Positions 47,615 to 56,363 of a stretch of DNA of 64,000 nt are shown piece after piece. Positions within the stretch are counted from its first letter, which is position 1, and the number at the start of each line of letters is the position of its first letter. The stretch covers positions 11,632-75,631 of the forward strand of contig JAGAUI010000035.1 of NCBI GenBank assembly GCA_017620815.1. The letters run 5' to 3'. The stretch is from Flavobacteriales bacterium (GTDB lineage Bacteria > Bacteroidota > Bacteroidia > Flavobacteriales > UBA1820). The notes beneath the pieces were generated by a model. That model saw only the letters and a program-made list of their open reading frames with translations, searched no databases and was not told the DNA's origin. Made by a program: the position numbers and the translations under genes.

Positions 47615-48898
47615 TTAACATTCGCATGCAGATGACGAAAAATCTTTCGTAGCATATTCTGTCTCTTCTATCTTATACACTCTATCTGATGGGCGTAGTC
47701 GGAAATCCAATTTCATGGTAACGTGAGCTCCTTTTTCGGCTACATCTACCTTTTTTTCATCGGCTAGGAAATCATCGGCTATGAGTTCTTTTACTCCTGT
47801 GGTAGGGCCAGTGATGATGATACGGTCACCACGGCGTAAATCATAAGCCTCTATGAGTATCTCTCCTATGGAAGGTTTTGGGTAGAAGTGTAAACCTTTG
47901 CCTATATAAACCTTACGACGAGTGGCATTGGAACCAGAATTATCACTCCATTGTCCCATAGTCTGTCCCAGATAGTATCCGCCCCAGAAATCTCGGTTAT
48001 ATACTGTACGTAGTGTTTCTTTCCACTCGCGTGCTTTTTCTAGGCTATATGAACCATTGTAATAAGCCTCTATCGCTTCACGATAGGTCTTGACTACCGT
48101 ATGGACATATTCTGGAGCACGACCACGTCCTTCTATTTTAAGGACAGAAACACCAGCTCCTATCACGCGGTCTAGGAACTCTATGGTGCAGAGGTCTTTT
48201 GGCGACATAAGGTATTCGTGGTCCACTTCTATCTGATTTCCAGAATCTTTTTCTGTAAGGATGTATGATTTACGACAATTCTGTTTACATGCACCTCGAT
48301 TGGCCGATGAGTTGTAAGCGTGAAGGCTCATGTAGCATTTGCCAGATATAGCCATGCACAACGCTCCGTGTCCAAATATCTCTATCTCTATCTTGCGACC
48401 TGAAGGTCCAGTGATGTTTTCTTCTTCTATCTTGCGAACTATATCGGCTACTTGAACTAGACTCAACTCACGTGCTAGAACGACTGTATCGGCCATTTGG
48501 GAGAAATAGCGAACGGCCTCTATATTGGATACGTTCTGTTGGGTGGAGATATGTACCTCCATTCCTATCTTGCGGGCATGAGTTATAACCGAAATATCTG
48601 ATGCTATGACAGCTGTAACTCCTGCTTTGTGAGCGGCCTCTAGAAGGGTATGCATCACGTTTATGTCGTGGTCATAGATGATGGTATTGAGCGTGAGGTA
48701 TGAACGCACTCCTTTTTCACTACAACGACTCACAACCTCTGGAAGGTCGTCTATGGTGAAGTTTACTGTGGAACGAGCACGCATATTGAGTTGTTCTACC
48801 CCGAAATAAACCGAATCTGCTCCAGCATCTATTGCAGATTGAAGAGAGTCAAAATCGCCAGCAGGGGCCATCAATTCTATTTTGCCTTCTGTTTTCAT
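47615..48898 (-). CDS. Peptidase-U32-family protein (RlhA/TrhP/UbiU-type putative Fe-S hydroxylase)
   Basis: U32 signature EIFGHGALCMAISGKCYMS plus the CKQNCR Cys cluster, 427 aa. Confidence 0.85.
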   Translation of the reverse strand: MKTEGKIELMAPAGDFDSLQSAIDAGADSVYFGVEQLNMRARSTVNFTIDDLPEVVSRCSEKGVRSYLTLNTIIYDHDINVMHTLLEAAHKAGVTAVIASDISVITHARKIGMEVHISTQQNVSNIEAVRYFSQMADTVVLARELSLVQVADIVRKIEEENITGPSGRKIEIEIFGHGALCMAISGKCYMSLHAYNSSANRGACKQNCRKSYILTEKDSGNQIEVDHEYLMSPKDLCTIEFLDRVIGAGVSVLKIEGRGRAPEYVHTVVKTYREAIEAYYNGSYSLEKAREWKETLRTVYNRDFWGGYYLGQTMGQWSDNSGSNATRRKVYIGKGLHFYPKPSIGEILIEAYDLRRGDRIIITGPTTGVKELIADDFLADEKKVDVAEKGAHVTMKLDFRLRPSDRVYKIEETEYATKDFSSSACEC

Positions 48899-48943
48899 AT
48901 ATAGTGTGTTTATACCAAAAGAGTATAGTATCTATCAAATGAA

Positions 48944-48951
48944 CAAAGTTA
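48944..48951 (-). promoter_or_regulatory. -7 promoter box (TAACTTTG) for the U32-ferredoxin unit
   Basis: The reverse complement of caaagtta matches TAnnTTTG, about 45 nt upstream of the U32 start. Confidence 0.45.
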
Positions 48952-49018
48952 CATATAAAAAATAGAATACAGAAATTTTTTATGAGAAGGGTAGGTGGAG
49001 AGAAAAAAGATAATGACA

Positions 49019-49050
49019 TAAAAAAAGCCCCGTGCTTCAAGCACGGGGAC
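49019..49050 (-). terminator. Rho-independent terminator after tuf
   Basis: The minus strand reads gtccccgtgc-ttgaa-gcacggggc followed by ttttttt. Confidence 0.85.
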
Positions 49051-49078
49051 TTTATGTGAATATAATCTCTTAAGAGTA

Positions 49079-50266
49079 TTATTCGATGATCTTAGTAACC
49101 TGACCAGCACCAACTGTACGTCCACCTTCACGGATAGCGAAACGAAGACCAAGGTTAAGTGCGATAGGCTGAAGAAGTTCAACAGTGATAGTAAGGTTAT
49201 CACCAGGCATTACCATTTCAATACCTTCTGGAAGAGAGATTTCACCAGTTACGTCAGTTGTACGTACGTAGAACTGAGGACGGTATTTGTTGTGGAATGG
49301 AGTGTGACGACCACCTTCTTCTTTTGAAAGGATATACACTTCGGCCTGGAATTTCTTGTGAGGAGTAACAGATTTAGGAGCACAGATAACCATACCACGG
49401 CGGATATCGGTTTTATCTATACCACGTAGAAGAAGACCTACGTTGTCACCTGCTTCACCTTCGTCAAGAAGTTTGCGGAACATTTCTACACCTGTGATAG
49501 TAGAAGTCATCTTTTCTGCAGACATACCGATGATTTCAACTGGGTCACCTACGTGAGCAACACCTGTTTCGATACGACCTGTAGCAACTGTACCACGACC
49601 AGTGATAGAGAATACGTCTTCGATAGGCATCAAGAATGCTTTATCTTTGTCACGTACTGGCTCTTCAATCCAGTTGTCAACAGCATCCATAAGTTCTTCA
49701 ACTGTAGCTACCCATTTAGCTTCTCCGTTAAGAGCACCTAGGGCAGAACCTTTGATGATAGGAGTGTTGTCACCGTCATACTGATACATAGAAAGAAGGT
49801 CACGAACTTCCATTTCTACTAGTTCAAGAAGTTCTGGGTCATCTACCATGTCAACTTTGTTCAAGAATACAACGATACGAGGTACACCTACCTGACGACC
49901 TAGAAGGATGTGTTCACGAGTCTGAGGCATAGGACCGTCTGTAGCGGCTACAACTAGGATAGCACCGTCCATCTGAGCAGCACCAGTTACCATGTTTTTA
50001 ACGTAGTCGGCGTGTCCAGGGCAGTCAACGTGAGCATAGTGACGTTTTTCTGTCTGATACTCAACGTGTGCAGTGTTGATGGTGATACCACGTTCTTTTT
50101 CTTCAGGAGCAGAGTCGATAGAAGAGAAGTCTTTTACTTCAGAAAGTCCTTTTTCAGAAAGAACTTTTGTGATAGCTGCTGTAAGAGTAGTTTTACCGTG
50201 GTCTACGTGACCGATAGTACCAATGTTCAAGTGGGGCTTGTCACGTTTGAAGGTTTCTTTTGCCAT
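49079..50266 (-). CDS. tuf: Elongation factor Tu
   Basis: [17 protein letters not shown] and NKVD GTPase motifs, 395 aa. Confidence 0.99.
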   Translation of the reverse strand: MAKETFKRDKPHLNIGTIGHVDHGKTTLTAAITKVLSEKGLSEVKDFSSIDSAPEEKERGITINTAHVEYQTEKRHYAHVDCPGHADYVKNMVTGAAQMDGAILVVAATDGPMPQTREHILLGRQVGVPRIVVFLNKVDMVDDPELLELVEMEVRDLLSMYQYDGDNTPIIKGSALGALNGEAKWVATVEELMDAVDNWIEEPVRDKDKAFLMPIEDVFSITGRGTVATGRIETGVAHVGDPVEIIGMSAEKMTSTITGVEMFRKLLDEGEAGDNVGLLLRGIDKTDIRRGMVICAPKSVTPHKKFQAEVYILSKEEGGRHTPFHNKYRPQFYVRTTDVTGEISLPEGIEMVMPGDNLTITVELLQPIALNLGLRFAIREGGRTVGAGQVTKIIE

Positions 50267-50335
50267 TTTTGTAAAGTTTATTATTGTTTTCTTTAAGTGA
50301 ATATATTTCGGTTATTGATATGCAAGGCATCATCG

Positions 50336-50407
<72 letters not shown>

Positions 50408-50446
50408 ATAGAACTATATGGGCATAGTACGCATATAATCAGAGTG

Positions 50447-50477
50447 CAAAGGTATGAAGATTTATGATTTATCCAAA
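50447..50477 (-). promoter_or_regulatory. Promoter of the tRNA-Thr-tuf unit (TTTG, 19-nt spacer, TACCTTTG)
   Basis: The minus-strand -7 box lies at 50454-50447 and the -33 TTTG at 50477-50474. The tRNA starts about 40 nt downstream. Confidence 0.6.
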
Positions 50478-50539
50478 TATAGTATGAAAATTTTTTTTGA
50501 AGCTATCCATTATTTATAATTGTGATAAAGTAGAATATA

Positions 50540-50571
50540 AAAAAATCCCCTTGTCCATACAAGACAAGGGG
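50540..50571 (-). terminator. Rho-independent terminator after hpf
   Basis: The minus strand reads ccccttgtc-ttgtatg-gacaagggg followed by attttttta. Confidence 0.8.
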
Positions 50572-50596
50572 GTAAGGATTATTATAATAGATGGGT

Positions 50597-50908
50597 TTAT
50601 TCTGCCGATGGAGCGTCTTTTGGTTTGGAGTTTTTGGCTCGTAGTTTACGACGCATAGAGTCTGCACATAAATCTACGCACTCTTCAAACGATGATGCGG
50701 TTTTCTTTACCATAAAGGTCTCTCCCGGTACACGCATCTTGAGTTCTACCATTTTATTTTCCTTGTCTGACGTGTTGAGAACGTGTAGGAATACTTCGGC
50801 GTCTATGACGCGGTCATAGAACAGTTCGAGTTTGTCGAGTTTCTTCTGGATGAAGTCCAAAAGTTTGCTATCGGCTTTGAAGTGGATAGCTTGTGTAAGT
50901 ACTTTCAT
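50597..50908 (-). CDS. hpf: Ribosome hibernation promoting factor (short HPF/RaiA)
   Basis: S30AE-family pattern (HFKADSKLLDFIQKKLDKL...VELKMRVPG), 103 aa. Confidence 0.88.
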   Translation of the reverse strand: MKVLTQAIHFKADSKLLDFIQKKLDKLELFYDRVIDAEVFLHVLNTSDKENKMVELKMRVPGETFMVKKTASSFEECVDLCADSMRRKLRAKNSKPKDAPSAE

Positions 50909-50912
50909 TGTT

Positions 50913-51815
50913 TTAATGTTTTTGGGTCTCGCCCCTCTGGTGAGAGTCTCGCGAACGAGGGTGAGAGTGGTTATACACTGATTTTAATTTTCCTATGGTG
51001 GTGTGAGTGTACACCTGTGTGGAAACAAGACTGGAATGTCCTAGTAGCTCTTTGACAGAAGAGATGTCGGCACCATTTTCTATCATGTGTGTGGCAAAGC
51101 TATGTCGTAGAACGTGTGGACTTTTCTTTATCTTGTCTGTCACGTGAGCAAGATAGTGATTTATTATTCTATATACAAGAGTTTGGGGTATTTTTTTTTC
51201 ATTTTCTTCAAAAAGATACACTCTCCCGGCGTATGGGCTTGATATATAGTTCCATAATGATTTTTTTAGCTCACTCATAAGGGGTAAGATACGCTCTTTG
51301 GCTCCCTTGCCATATATCTTTATGGAGGAAGAAGAAAAATCTATGTCGTCTTTTTTAATGTTTATGAGTTCGGCTCTACGTATTCCCAGTGCGTAAAACA
51401 GTTCTATTATCATGCGGTTACGCTCTCCATTTTCATCGCTTTTATATAGCTCATGGGATAGTAGCTCCTTGAGTTCGTCTTCTGAATATGGAACGGTGAT
51501 GTGTGAGGGTTCTTTGAGGTTGCCTTGACGGGTCATGGGGTCTTTGTCTATATGACCTGCTCGTAGTATGTATCTATAAAATGCTCGCAGAGAACTTATG
51601 TGTCGGTTGATACTCCTAGGAGAGAGACCGTTTTCCATAAGGTGTATCACATAAGAACGTACGGTATGAAAATCTGCTTTTAATATGTCGGCGTCGTGTG
51701 ATGTGTTTTCTATGAATGAGTTGAAGTTATAGAGGTCTCGTTCGTATGCATCGGCTGTATGTATCGAATAATGGCGTTCGTCTTTAAGGTATGATATGAA
51801 TCTGCTTATGGGCAT
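50913..51815 (-). CDS. Tyrosine recombinase XerC/XerD-like
   Basis: C-terminal catalytic region HVLRHSFATHMIENGADISSVKELLGHSSLVSTQVYTH (R..HxxR..Y). The chromosomal context upstream of hpf is conserved. Confidence 0.85.
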   Translation of the reverse strand: MPISRFISYLKDERHYSIHTADAYERDLYNFNSFIENTSHDADILKADFHTVRSYVIHLMENGLSPRSINRHISSLRAFYRYILRAGHIDKDPMTRQGNLKEPSHITVPYSEDELKELLSHELYKSDENGERNRMIIELFYALGIRRAELINIKKDDIDFSSSSIKIYGKGAKERILPLMSELKKSLWNYISSPYAGRVYLFEENEKKIPQTLVYRIINHYLAHVTDKIKKSPHVLRHSFATHMIENGADISSVKELLGHSSLVSTQVYTHTTIGKLKSVYNHSHPRSRDSHQRGETQKH

Positions 51816-51865
51816 ATAGATAGTGTTATGTATTTGTGGTTTGTGACTCTATGGCGAAGCCTATA

Positions 51866-51873
51866 CAAAAATA
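51866..51873 (-). promoter_or_regulatory. Candidate -7 box (TATTTTTG) for xerC-hpf
   Basis: The reverse complement of caaaaata matches TAnnTTTG, about 50 nt upstream of the start at 51815. Confidence 0.35.
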
Positions 51874-51908
51874 GGCAAAGTTTTGATGTGGGGCATAAAA
51901 AATGTAAT

Positions 51909-51916
51909 TAAATTTG
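51909..51916 (+). promoter_or_regulatory. Candidate -7 box (TAAATTTG) for the transporter gene
   Basis: TAnnTTTG match 53 nt upstream of the ATG at 51969. Confidence 0.4.
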
Positions 51917-51968
51917 CAGGGTTTAATTATAGACTGTATATAAGGTTATATAATATAAATAAGGAGAT

Positions 51969-52901
51969 ATGAAAAGTCTGAAAAGTTTTGTGCTACCTAT
52001 GGCTATGATAATCGGTGGTGCGTTCTACGAATTCTTTGATAAGATGGCGGTGGCTATACCTTATTTTATATTTACTATGTTGCTTCTCACATTTGCCAAG
52101 CTGTCTCCTCGTGATGTGCGTCCTCATCGTCTGCATGTGTGGCTACTGCTCATACAGTTGCTGGGTGGGGTGGTGGTCTATGCTGCTCTTTTCTGGATAC
52201 ATCCAGCTATAGGCGAGGGGGCATTTGCTTGTGTTTTTGCTCCTACGGCAATGGCAGCGGCTGTCATTACGGGGATGTTGGGAGGAAGTGTGGCGTTCCT
52301 TACCACCTATGTGTTTTTAAGTAGTATAGCTACGGCTCTTACGGCTCCGTTTTTCTTTTCATTTATAGGAGTGCAGGTAGATATGCCGTTTATGGAGTCT
52401 TTCCTCACGGTGTGCGGGAAGGTGATGCCTCTGCTGGTTTTGCCTCTTGTTATAGCTTGGTTTTTCAGGTTTTGTATCCCGCCAATGCATCGTATGGTGC
52501 TTAAAATAGGAAGTGTGACGTTTTATCTATGGGCGGTGGCTCTCACCTCTATCACTGGACGTACAGTCAAATACATAGTAAGTCAAGAAAATCCCGAGAT
52601 ATGGGTGGAGGTGGCTATGGCGGGAATAGGGCTCGTTATATGTCTTGCACAATTCAAGGGAGGTAAATATCTGGGTTCTCTCTATGGTGAGCGTATAGCT
52701 GCCGGTCAAGCGATGGGACAGAAAAACACTATACTTGCTATATGGTTATCACAATTGTATCTAAATCCTATTGCTTCGATAGCTCCAGCCTCATATGTGC
52801 TGTGGCAAAACATAGTAAATAGTTATCAGTTGTATAGAAAAAATAAGAGGGAAAAAGAAAGTTTGCAAAAAACATTTGCAGAAGTGGAAAAAAAGAATTA
52901 G
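51969..52901 (+). CDS. Polytopic membrane transporter (BASS/SBF-like; family uncertain)
   Basis: 310 aa with about 9-10 hydrophobic helices. No diagnostic motif was recognised with confidence. Confidence 0.35.
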   Translation: MKSLKSFVLPMAMIIGGAFYEFFDKMAVAIPYFIFTMLLLTFAKLSPRDVRPHRLHVWLLLIQLLGGVVVYAALFWIHPAIGEGAFACVFAPTAMAAAVITGMLGGSVAFLTTYVFLSSIATALTAPFFFSFIGVQVDMPFMESFLTVCGKVMPLLVLPLVIAWFFRFCIPPMHRMVLKIGSVTFYLWAVALTSITGRTVKYIVSQENPEIWVEVAMAGIGLVICLAQFKGGKYLGSLYGERIAAGQAMGQKNTILAIWLSQLYLNPIASIAPASYVLWQNIVNSYQLYRKNKREKESLQKTFAEVEKKN

Positions 52902-52906
52902 TTTTG
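52875..52906 (+). promoter_or_regulatory. tRNA-Trp promoter (TTTG, 20-nt spacer, TAGTTTTG), embedded in the 3' end of the transporter gene
   Basis: TTTG at 52875-52878 and TAGTTTTG at 52899-52906. The tRNA starts at 52929. Confidence 0.55.
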
Positions 52907-52928
52907 CCCCCGAATTCAAGAGAAGGAT

Positions 52929-53004
52929 ACAGGTGTAGCTCAGTTGGTAGAGCATCGGTCTCCAAAACCGAGTGTCGGGAGTTCGAGTCTCTCCACCTGT
53001 GCCA
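52929..53004 (+). tRNA. tRNA-Trp (anticodon CCA), 3' CCA encoded
   Basis: Acceptor ACAGGTG/CACCTGT, anticodon stem TCGGT/ACCGA with loop CTCCAAA, T-loop TTCGAGT, terminal GCCA. Confidence 0.92.
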
Positions 53005-53008
53005 AGTG

Positions 53009-53038
53009 AAAAACCGAGCCAGAGGCTCGGTTTTTTTT
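53009..53038 (+). terminator. Strong rho-independent terminator directly after tRNA-Trp
   Basis: Hairpin ccgagcc-aga-ggctcgg flanked by A5 and T8 runs. Confidence 0.85.
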
Positions 53039-53119
53039 GTGTTTATCTCTAGAATGTGGGATGAAAAATGTGGTGAAAAAATGTTAAAATTTTTCTTTGA
53101 AAAAAGTTTTTAAAAAGTC

Positions 53120-53152
53120 TTTGGAATATATGTGAAAACTTTTGTATATTTG
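53120..53152 (+). promoter_or_regulatory. secE-nusG operon promoter (TTTG, 21-nt spacer, TATATTTG)
   Basis: TTTG at 53120-53123 and TATATTTG at 53145-53152. This leaves a 5' UTR of about 150 nt before secE. Confidence 0.55.
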
Positions 53153-53307
53153 CCCTCGCTCTAAATGTGGGCTGCTCACGAGGCGTAAATGTCTATTTAT
53201 GAGGTTAAAACGTTGAGTGTGAGGAGTTAGTTTGCAGGAGGGGAGAGAAAGGAATAAAAAAGAATTTGCTCCTAGATGGGGCGATGATACATAAAATTGC
53301 AATTATT

Positions 53308-53499
53308 ATGAACCTTATCCAATACTCAAAAGAGTCTATCGAGGAACTTAAAAAGAGAGTTACATGGCCTACATGGGACGAAGCACAACGTCTTACATGG
53401 GTTGTGGCTGTGGCTACTCTGCTTCTAGCTGGTGTTACAGCACTAGCCGATGCTTTCTTTAATAACGTAGTACAGGGAATATTCAAATTGCTAAACTAA
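53308..53499 (+). CDS. secE: Preprotein translocase subunit SecE
   Basis: 63 aa from the ATG at 53308 with [14 protein letters not shown] followed by a single TM segment. The ORF-track start at 53266 is probably too long. Confidence 0.88.
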   Translation: MNLIQYSKESIEELKKRVTWPTWDEAQRLTWVVAVATLLLAGVTALADAFFNNVVQGIFKLLN

Positions 53500-53506
53500 T
53501 AAAGCA

Positions 53507-54058
53507 ATGACCGAAATCACAAAAAAATGGTATGTAGTGCGAGCCGTAAGTGGTCAAGAGCTTAAGGTTAAGGCTTATATAGAACAAGAAGCTGGAAACC
53601 GTAACCTCTCCTCTTATGTGGGTAGCGTGATGGTACCTATGGAAAAAACGTATTCTGTGGTAGGAGGAAAAAAAGTTACCAAAGAACGTCCGTTTTTCCC
53701 TAGTTATGTAATGGTAGAGGCTCACCTTGACCCAGAAGTAGTGCATATGATAAAGGAGATACCCGGTGTGGTAGGATTCCTCACTACTGCCAAGATGAGT
53801 GGCGACCCTATGCCTTTGCGTCGTGCCGAGGTTAACCGTATGCTAGGTAAAGAAGACGAACTGGTAGATATGCCAGAGACAGTCGTTATACCATACGTTG
53901 TGGGTGAAGCTGTAAAAGTTACCGATGGTCCTTTCAAAGACTTTGAAGGAACGGTGGAAGAGGTCAATACAGAAAAACGTAAACTTAAAGTAGAAGTGAA
54001 GATATTCGGACGTAAGACTCCGCTAGAGTTGAGCTTCTCACAGGTGGAAAAGATATAA
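53507..54058 (+). CDS. nusG: Transcription termination/antitermination factor NusG
   Basis: NGN domain ([12 protein letters not shown]) and KOW motif ([21 protein letters not shown]). Confidence 0.96.
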   Translation: MTEITKKWYVVRAVSGQELKVKAYIEQEAGNRNLSSYVGSVMVPMEKTYSVVGGKKVTKERPFFPSYVMVEAHLDPEVVHMIKEIPGVVGFLTTAKMSGDPMPLRRAEVNRMLGKEDELVDMPETVVIPYVVGEAVKVTDGPFKDFEGTVEEVNTEKRKLKVEVKIFGRKTPLELSFSQVEKI

Positions 54059-54176
54059 TACCTGTATATAATTTACGTATATAAAATAGTAAATGTTACG
54101 CCAATATATCTGCATCTAGGGACGTGCTTCCAAATTTTTGTCCCGAAGTGCAACAACTATTATCAAAGTTAAAAAA

Positions 54177-54617
54177 ATGGCAAAAGAAATTTTCAAAAAA
54201 ATCAAATTGCAGTGTAAAGGTGGAGCTGCCAACCCTTCTCCTCCAATAGGTCCTGCACTAGGTTCTGCTGGTGTTAATATCATGGACTTCTGCAAACAGT
54301 TCAATGCTCGTACACAGGATAAACCTGGTAAAGTATTGCCTGTTCAGATTACCGTGTACACCGACAAATCTTTTGAGTTTATCATTAAAACTCCACCTGT
54401 AGCCGTACAGCTTCTAGAAGCTGCCAAAGCAAAATCTGGTTCTGGCGAACCTAACCGTAAAAAAGTAGCTGAAATCACTTGGGATCAAGTACGCGAAATC
54501 GCTACCGAAAAAATGCCAGACCTTAATGCTTTCACAGTAGAAAAAGCTATGTCAATGGTAGCAGGTACAGCACGTTCAATGGGTATATCAATCAAAGGAG
54601 ATGCTCCTTTTAACTAA
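54177..54617 (+). CDS. rplK: 50S ribosomal protein L11
   Basis: MAKEI...[20 protein letters not shown]. The start at the ATG at 54177 gives the canonical 146 aa. Confidence 0.97.
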   Translation: MAKEIFKKIKLQCKGGAANPSPPIGPALGSAGVNIMDFCKQFNARTQDKPGKVLPVQITVYTDKSFEFIIKTPPVAVQLLEAAKAKSGSGEPNRKKVAEITWDQVREIATEKMPDLNAFTVEKAMSMVAGTARSMGISIKGDAPFN

Positions 54618-54632
54618 TCTTAGGCAAAGAAA

Positions 54633-55322
54633 ATGGCAAAATTGACAAAAAATCAGAAAGTAGCTATAGCCAAGGTTGAAAAAAACAAGCTATATGCTGT
54701 AGAAGAGGCATCTGCTCTGGTAAAAGAAATCACAAACGTAAAATTTGACGCATCTGTTGACCTAGCTGTACGTCTAGGTGTTGACCCTCGTAAGGCCAAC
54801 CAGATGGTACGTGGTGTGGTATCTCTTCCTAATGGTACAGGTAAAGATGTACGCGTGCTAGCTCTCGTTACTCCAGACAAGGAAAACGAAGCAAAAGAAG
54901 CTGGTGCTGACTATGTAGGTCTAGACGAATACCTTGAAAAAATCAAAGGTGGTTGGACAGACGTTGACGTAATCATCACTATGCCTGCTGTAATGGGTAA
55001 ACTAGGTCCTTTGGGACGTATTTTGGGTCCTCGTGGTCTTATGCCAAACCCAAAATCTGGTACCGTTACTATGGAAATAGGTAAAGCTGTAAAAGAGGTT
55101 AAAGCTGGTAAGATAGACTTTAAGGTAGACCGTTACGGTATCGTTCACGCGTCTATAGGTAAAGTTTCTTTCACTGCACAGCAGATAGCTGAAAACGCAC
55201 TTGAACTTATCCACACATTGGTTAAGATGAAACCTGCGGCTGCCAAAGGTGTTTATATGAAGAGCATCACTCTTTCTAGCACTATGAGCCCTGGTGTTGC
55301 AATTGATCCTAAAACTGTATAA
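54633..55322 (+). CDS. rplA: 50S ribosomal protein L1
   Basis: [24 protein letters not shown] and [10 protein letters not shown] motifs. Confidence 0.97.
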   Translation: MAKLTKNQKVAIAKVEKNKLYAVEEASALVKEITNVKFDASVDLAVRLGVDPRKANQMVRGVVSLPNGTGKDVRVLALVTPDKENEAKEAGADYVGLDEYLEKIKGGWTDVDVIITMPAVMGKLGPLGRILGPRGLMPNPKSGTVTMEIGKAVKEVKAGKIDFKVDRYGIVHASIGKVSFTAQQIAENALELIHTLVKMKPAAAKGVYMKSITLSSTMSPGVAIDPKTV

Positions 55323-55340
55323 CCGTAGCACGATAATAAT

Positions 55341-55841
55341 ATGACAAGAGAAGAAAAAGCCCAGGTGATAGCAGGTCTTACAGAAGAACTTGCTGCATAC
55401 AACGTTATCTATCTTGCAGATATTTCAAATTTGAATGCTGCTGGTACAGAAAAACTACGTCGCGCTTGCTTTAACGCAGGTGTGAAATTGGAAGTTGTGA
55501 AGAACGCCCTTCTAGCCAAAGCTATGGAGGCTTCTGAAAAAGATTTCCAAGGTCTTACAGAAACACTTAAAGGTAGCACTGCCCTTATGCTTACAGAAGG
55601 TGCAGCAAACGGCCCAGGTAAAGTGATAAAAGAATATCGCAAAACATCTGACCGTCCTATCCTTAAAGGTGCATGGATAAACGATGAGGTTTATGTAGGT
55701 GATGATCAGCTTAATACACTTGCAAGCATCAAATCTCGCGAAGAACTCATCGGAGATATCATATCACTGCTTCAGTCTCCTATACGTCGCGTTCTTTCAG
55801 CATTGGAAAACAAAGACGCTCAGGAAGCAGCAGCAGAATAA
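55341..55841 (+). CDS. rplJ: 50S ribosomal protein L10
   Basis: Operon position, length (166 aa) and the typical L10 N-terminal domain. Confidence 0.93.
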   Translation: MTREEKAQVIAGLTEELAAYNVIYLADISNLNAAGTEKLRRACFNAGVKLEVVKNALLAKAMEASEKDFQGLTETLKGSTALMLTEGAANGPGKVIKEYRKTSDRPILKGAWINDEVYVGDDQLNTLASIKSREELIGDIISLLQSPIRRVLSALENKDAQEAAAE

Positions 55842-55893
55842 CAGAAACGCATTTATTTTTTATATTAACTAAGTCAAAAAAAACAACACAACA

Positions 55894-56262
55894 ATGGCAG
55901 ATCTTAAACAAATCGCAGAAGAGCTTGTTAACCTTACAGTGAAAGATGTACAGGAACTAGCTCAGATACTTAAAGACGAATACGGAATCGAACCAGCTGC
56001 TGCTGCAGTAGTAGTAGCTGCTGAAGGCGGTGCAGCCGCTGCTGAAGAAAAAACAGAATTTGATGTTATCCTTCAGTCTGCAGGTGCTGAAAAACTTAAA
56101 GTCGTAAAAGCTGTTAAAGAACTTACTGGTCTAGGTCTTAAAGAAGCTAAAGAACTAGTAGATGGTGCTCCTTCTACTATCAAAGAAGCTCTTCCAAAAG
56201 ACGAGGCTATGAACATCAAAGCAGCTCTTGAAGAAGTAGGTGCTACTGTAGAGGTAAAATAA
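55894..56262 (+). CDS. rplL: 50S ribosomal protein L7/L12
   Basis: Ala-rich hinge and C-terminal [27 protein letters not shown]. Confidence 0.97.
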   Translation: MADLKQIAEELVNLTVKDVQELAQILKDEYGIEPAAAAVVVAAEGGAAAAEEKTEFDVILQSAGAEKLKVVKAVKELTGLGLKEAKELVDGAPSTIKEALPKDEAMNIKAALEEVGATVEVK

Positions 56263-56283
56263 TTACCGCCTCATAATATAAAA

Positions 56284-56331
56284 GGCTTAGGTCGTAGGGT
56301 ATCCGAGACCTAAGCCCTTTTGTGCTTTTTT
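56284..56331 (+). terminator. rplL-rpoB intergenic attenuator/terminator hairpin
   Basis: Stem ggcttaggtc / gacctaagcc with a 13-nt loop, followed by cttttgtgctttttttt. Confidence 0.65.
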
Positions 56332-56363
56332 TTCAATATTCTTTTAATTTAAAATAAATTCCA

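Noticed and set aside
50913-51815. The tyrosine recombinase could mark an integrated mobile element or be the agent of the tuf-block inversion.
   Set aside because: A XerC/D-like gene immediately upstream of hpf and tuf is a conserved chromosomal feature of Bacteroidota as I recall. I found no flanking att-like direct repeats, cargo genes or excisionase.
52904-53113. A 69-aa plus-strand ORF spans the tRNA-Trp region.
   Set aside because: It reads straight through the tRNA-Trp gene and its terminator, so it is not a plausible protein gene.
54059-54176. A possible L1/L11 autoregulatory leader lies upstream of rplK (stem gggac 54119-54123 with gtccc 54140-54144).
   Set aside because: The evidence is a single 5-bp stem and a vague resemblance to the L1-binding rRNA site. 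I cannot establish the conserved structure without covariance data.
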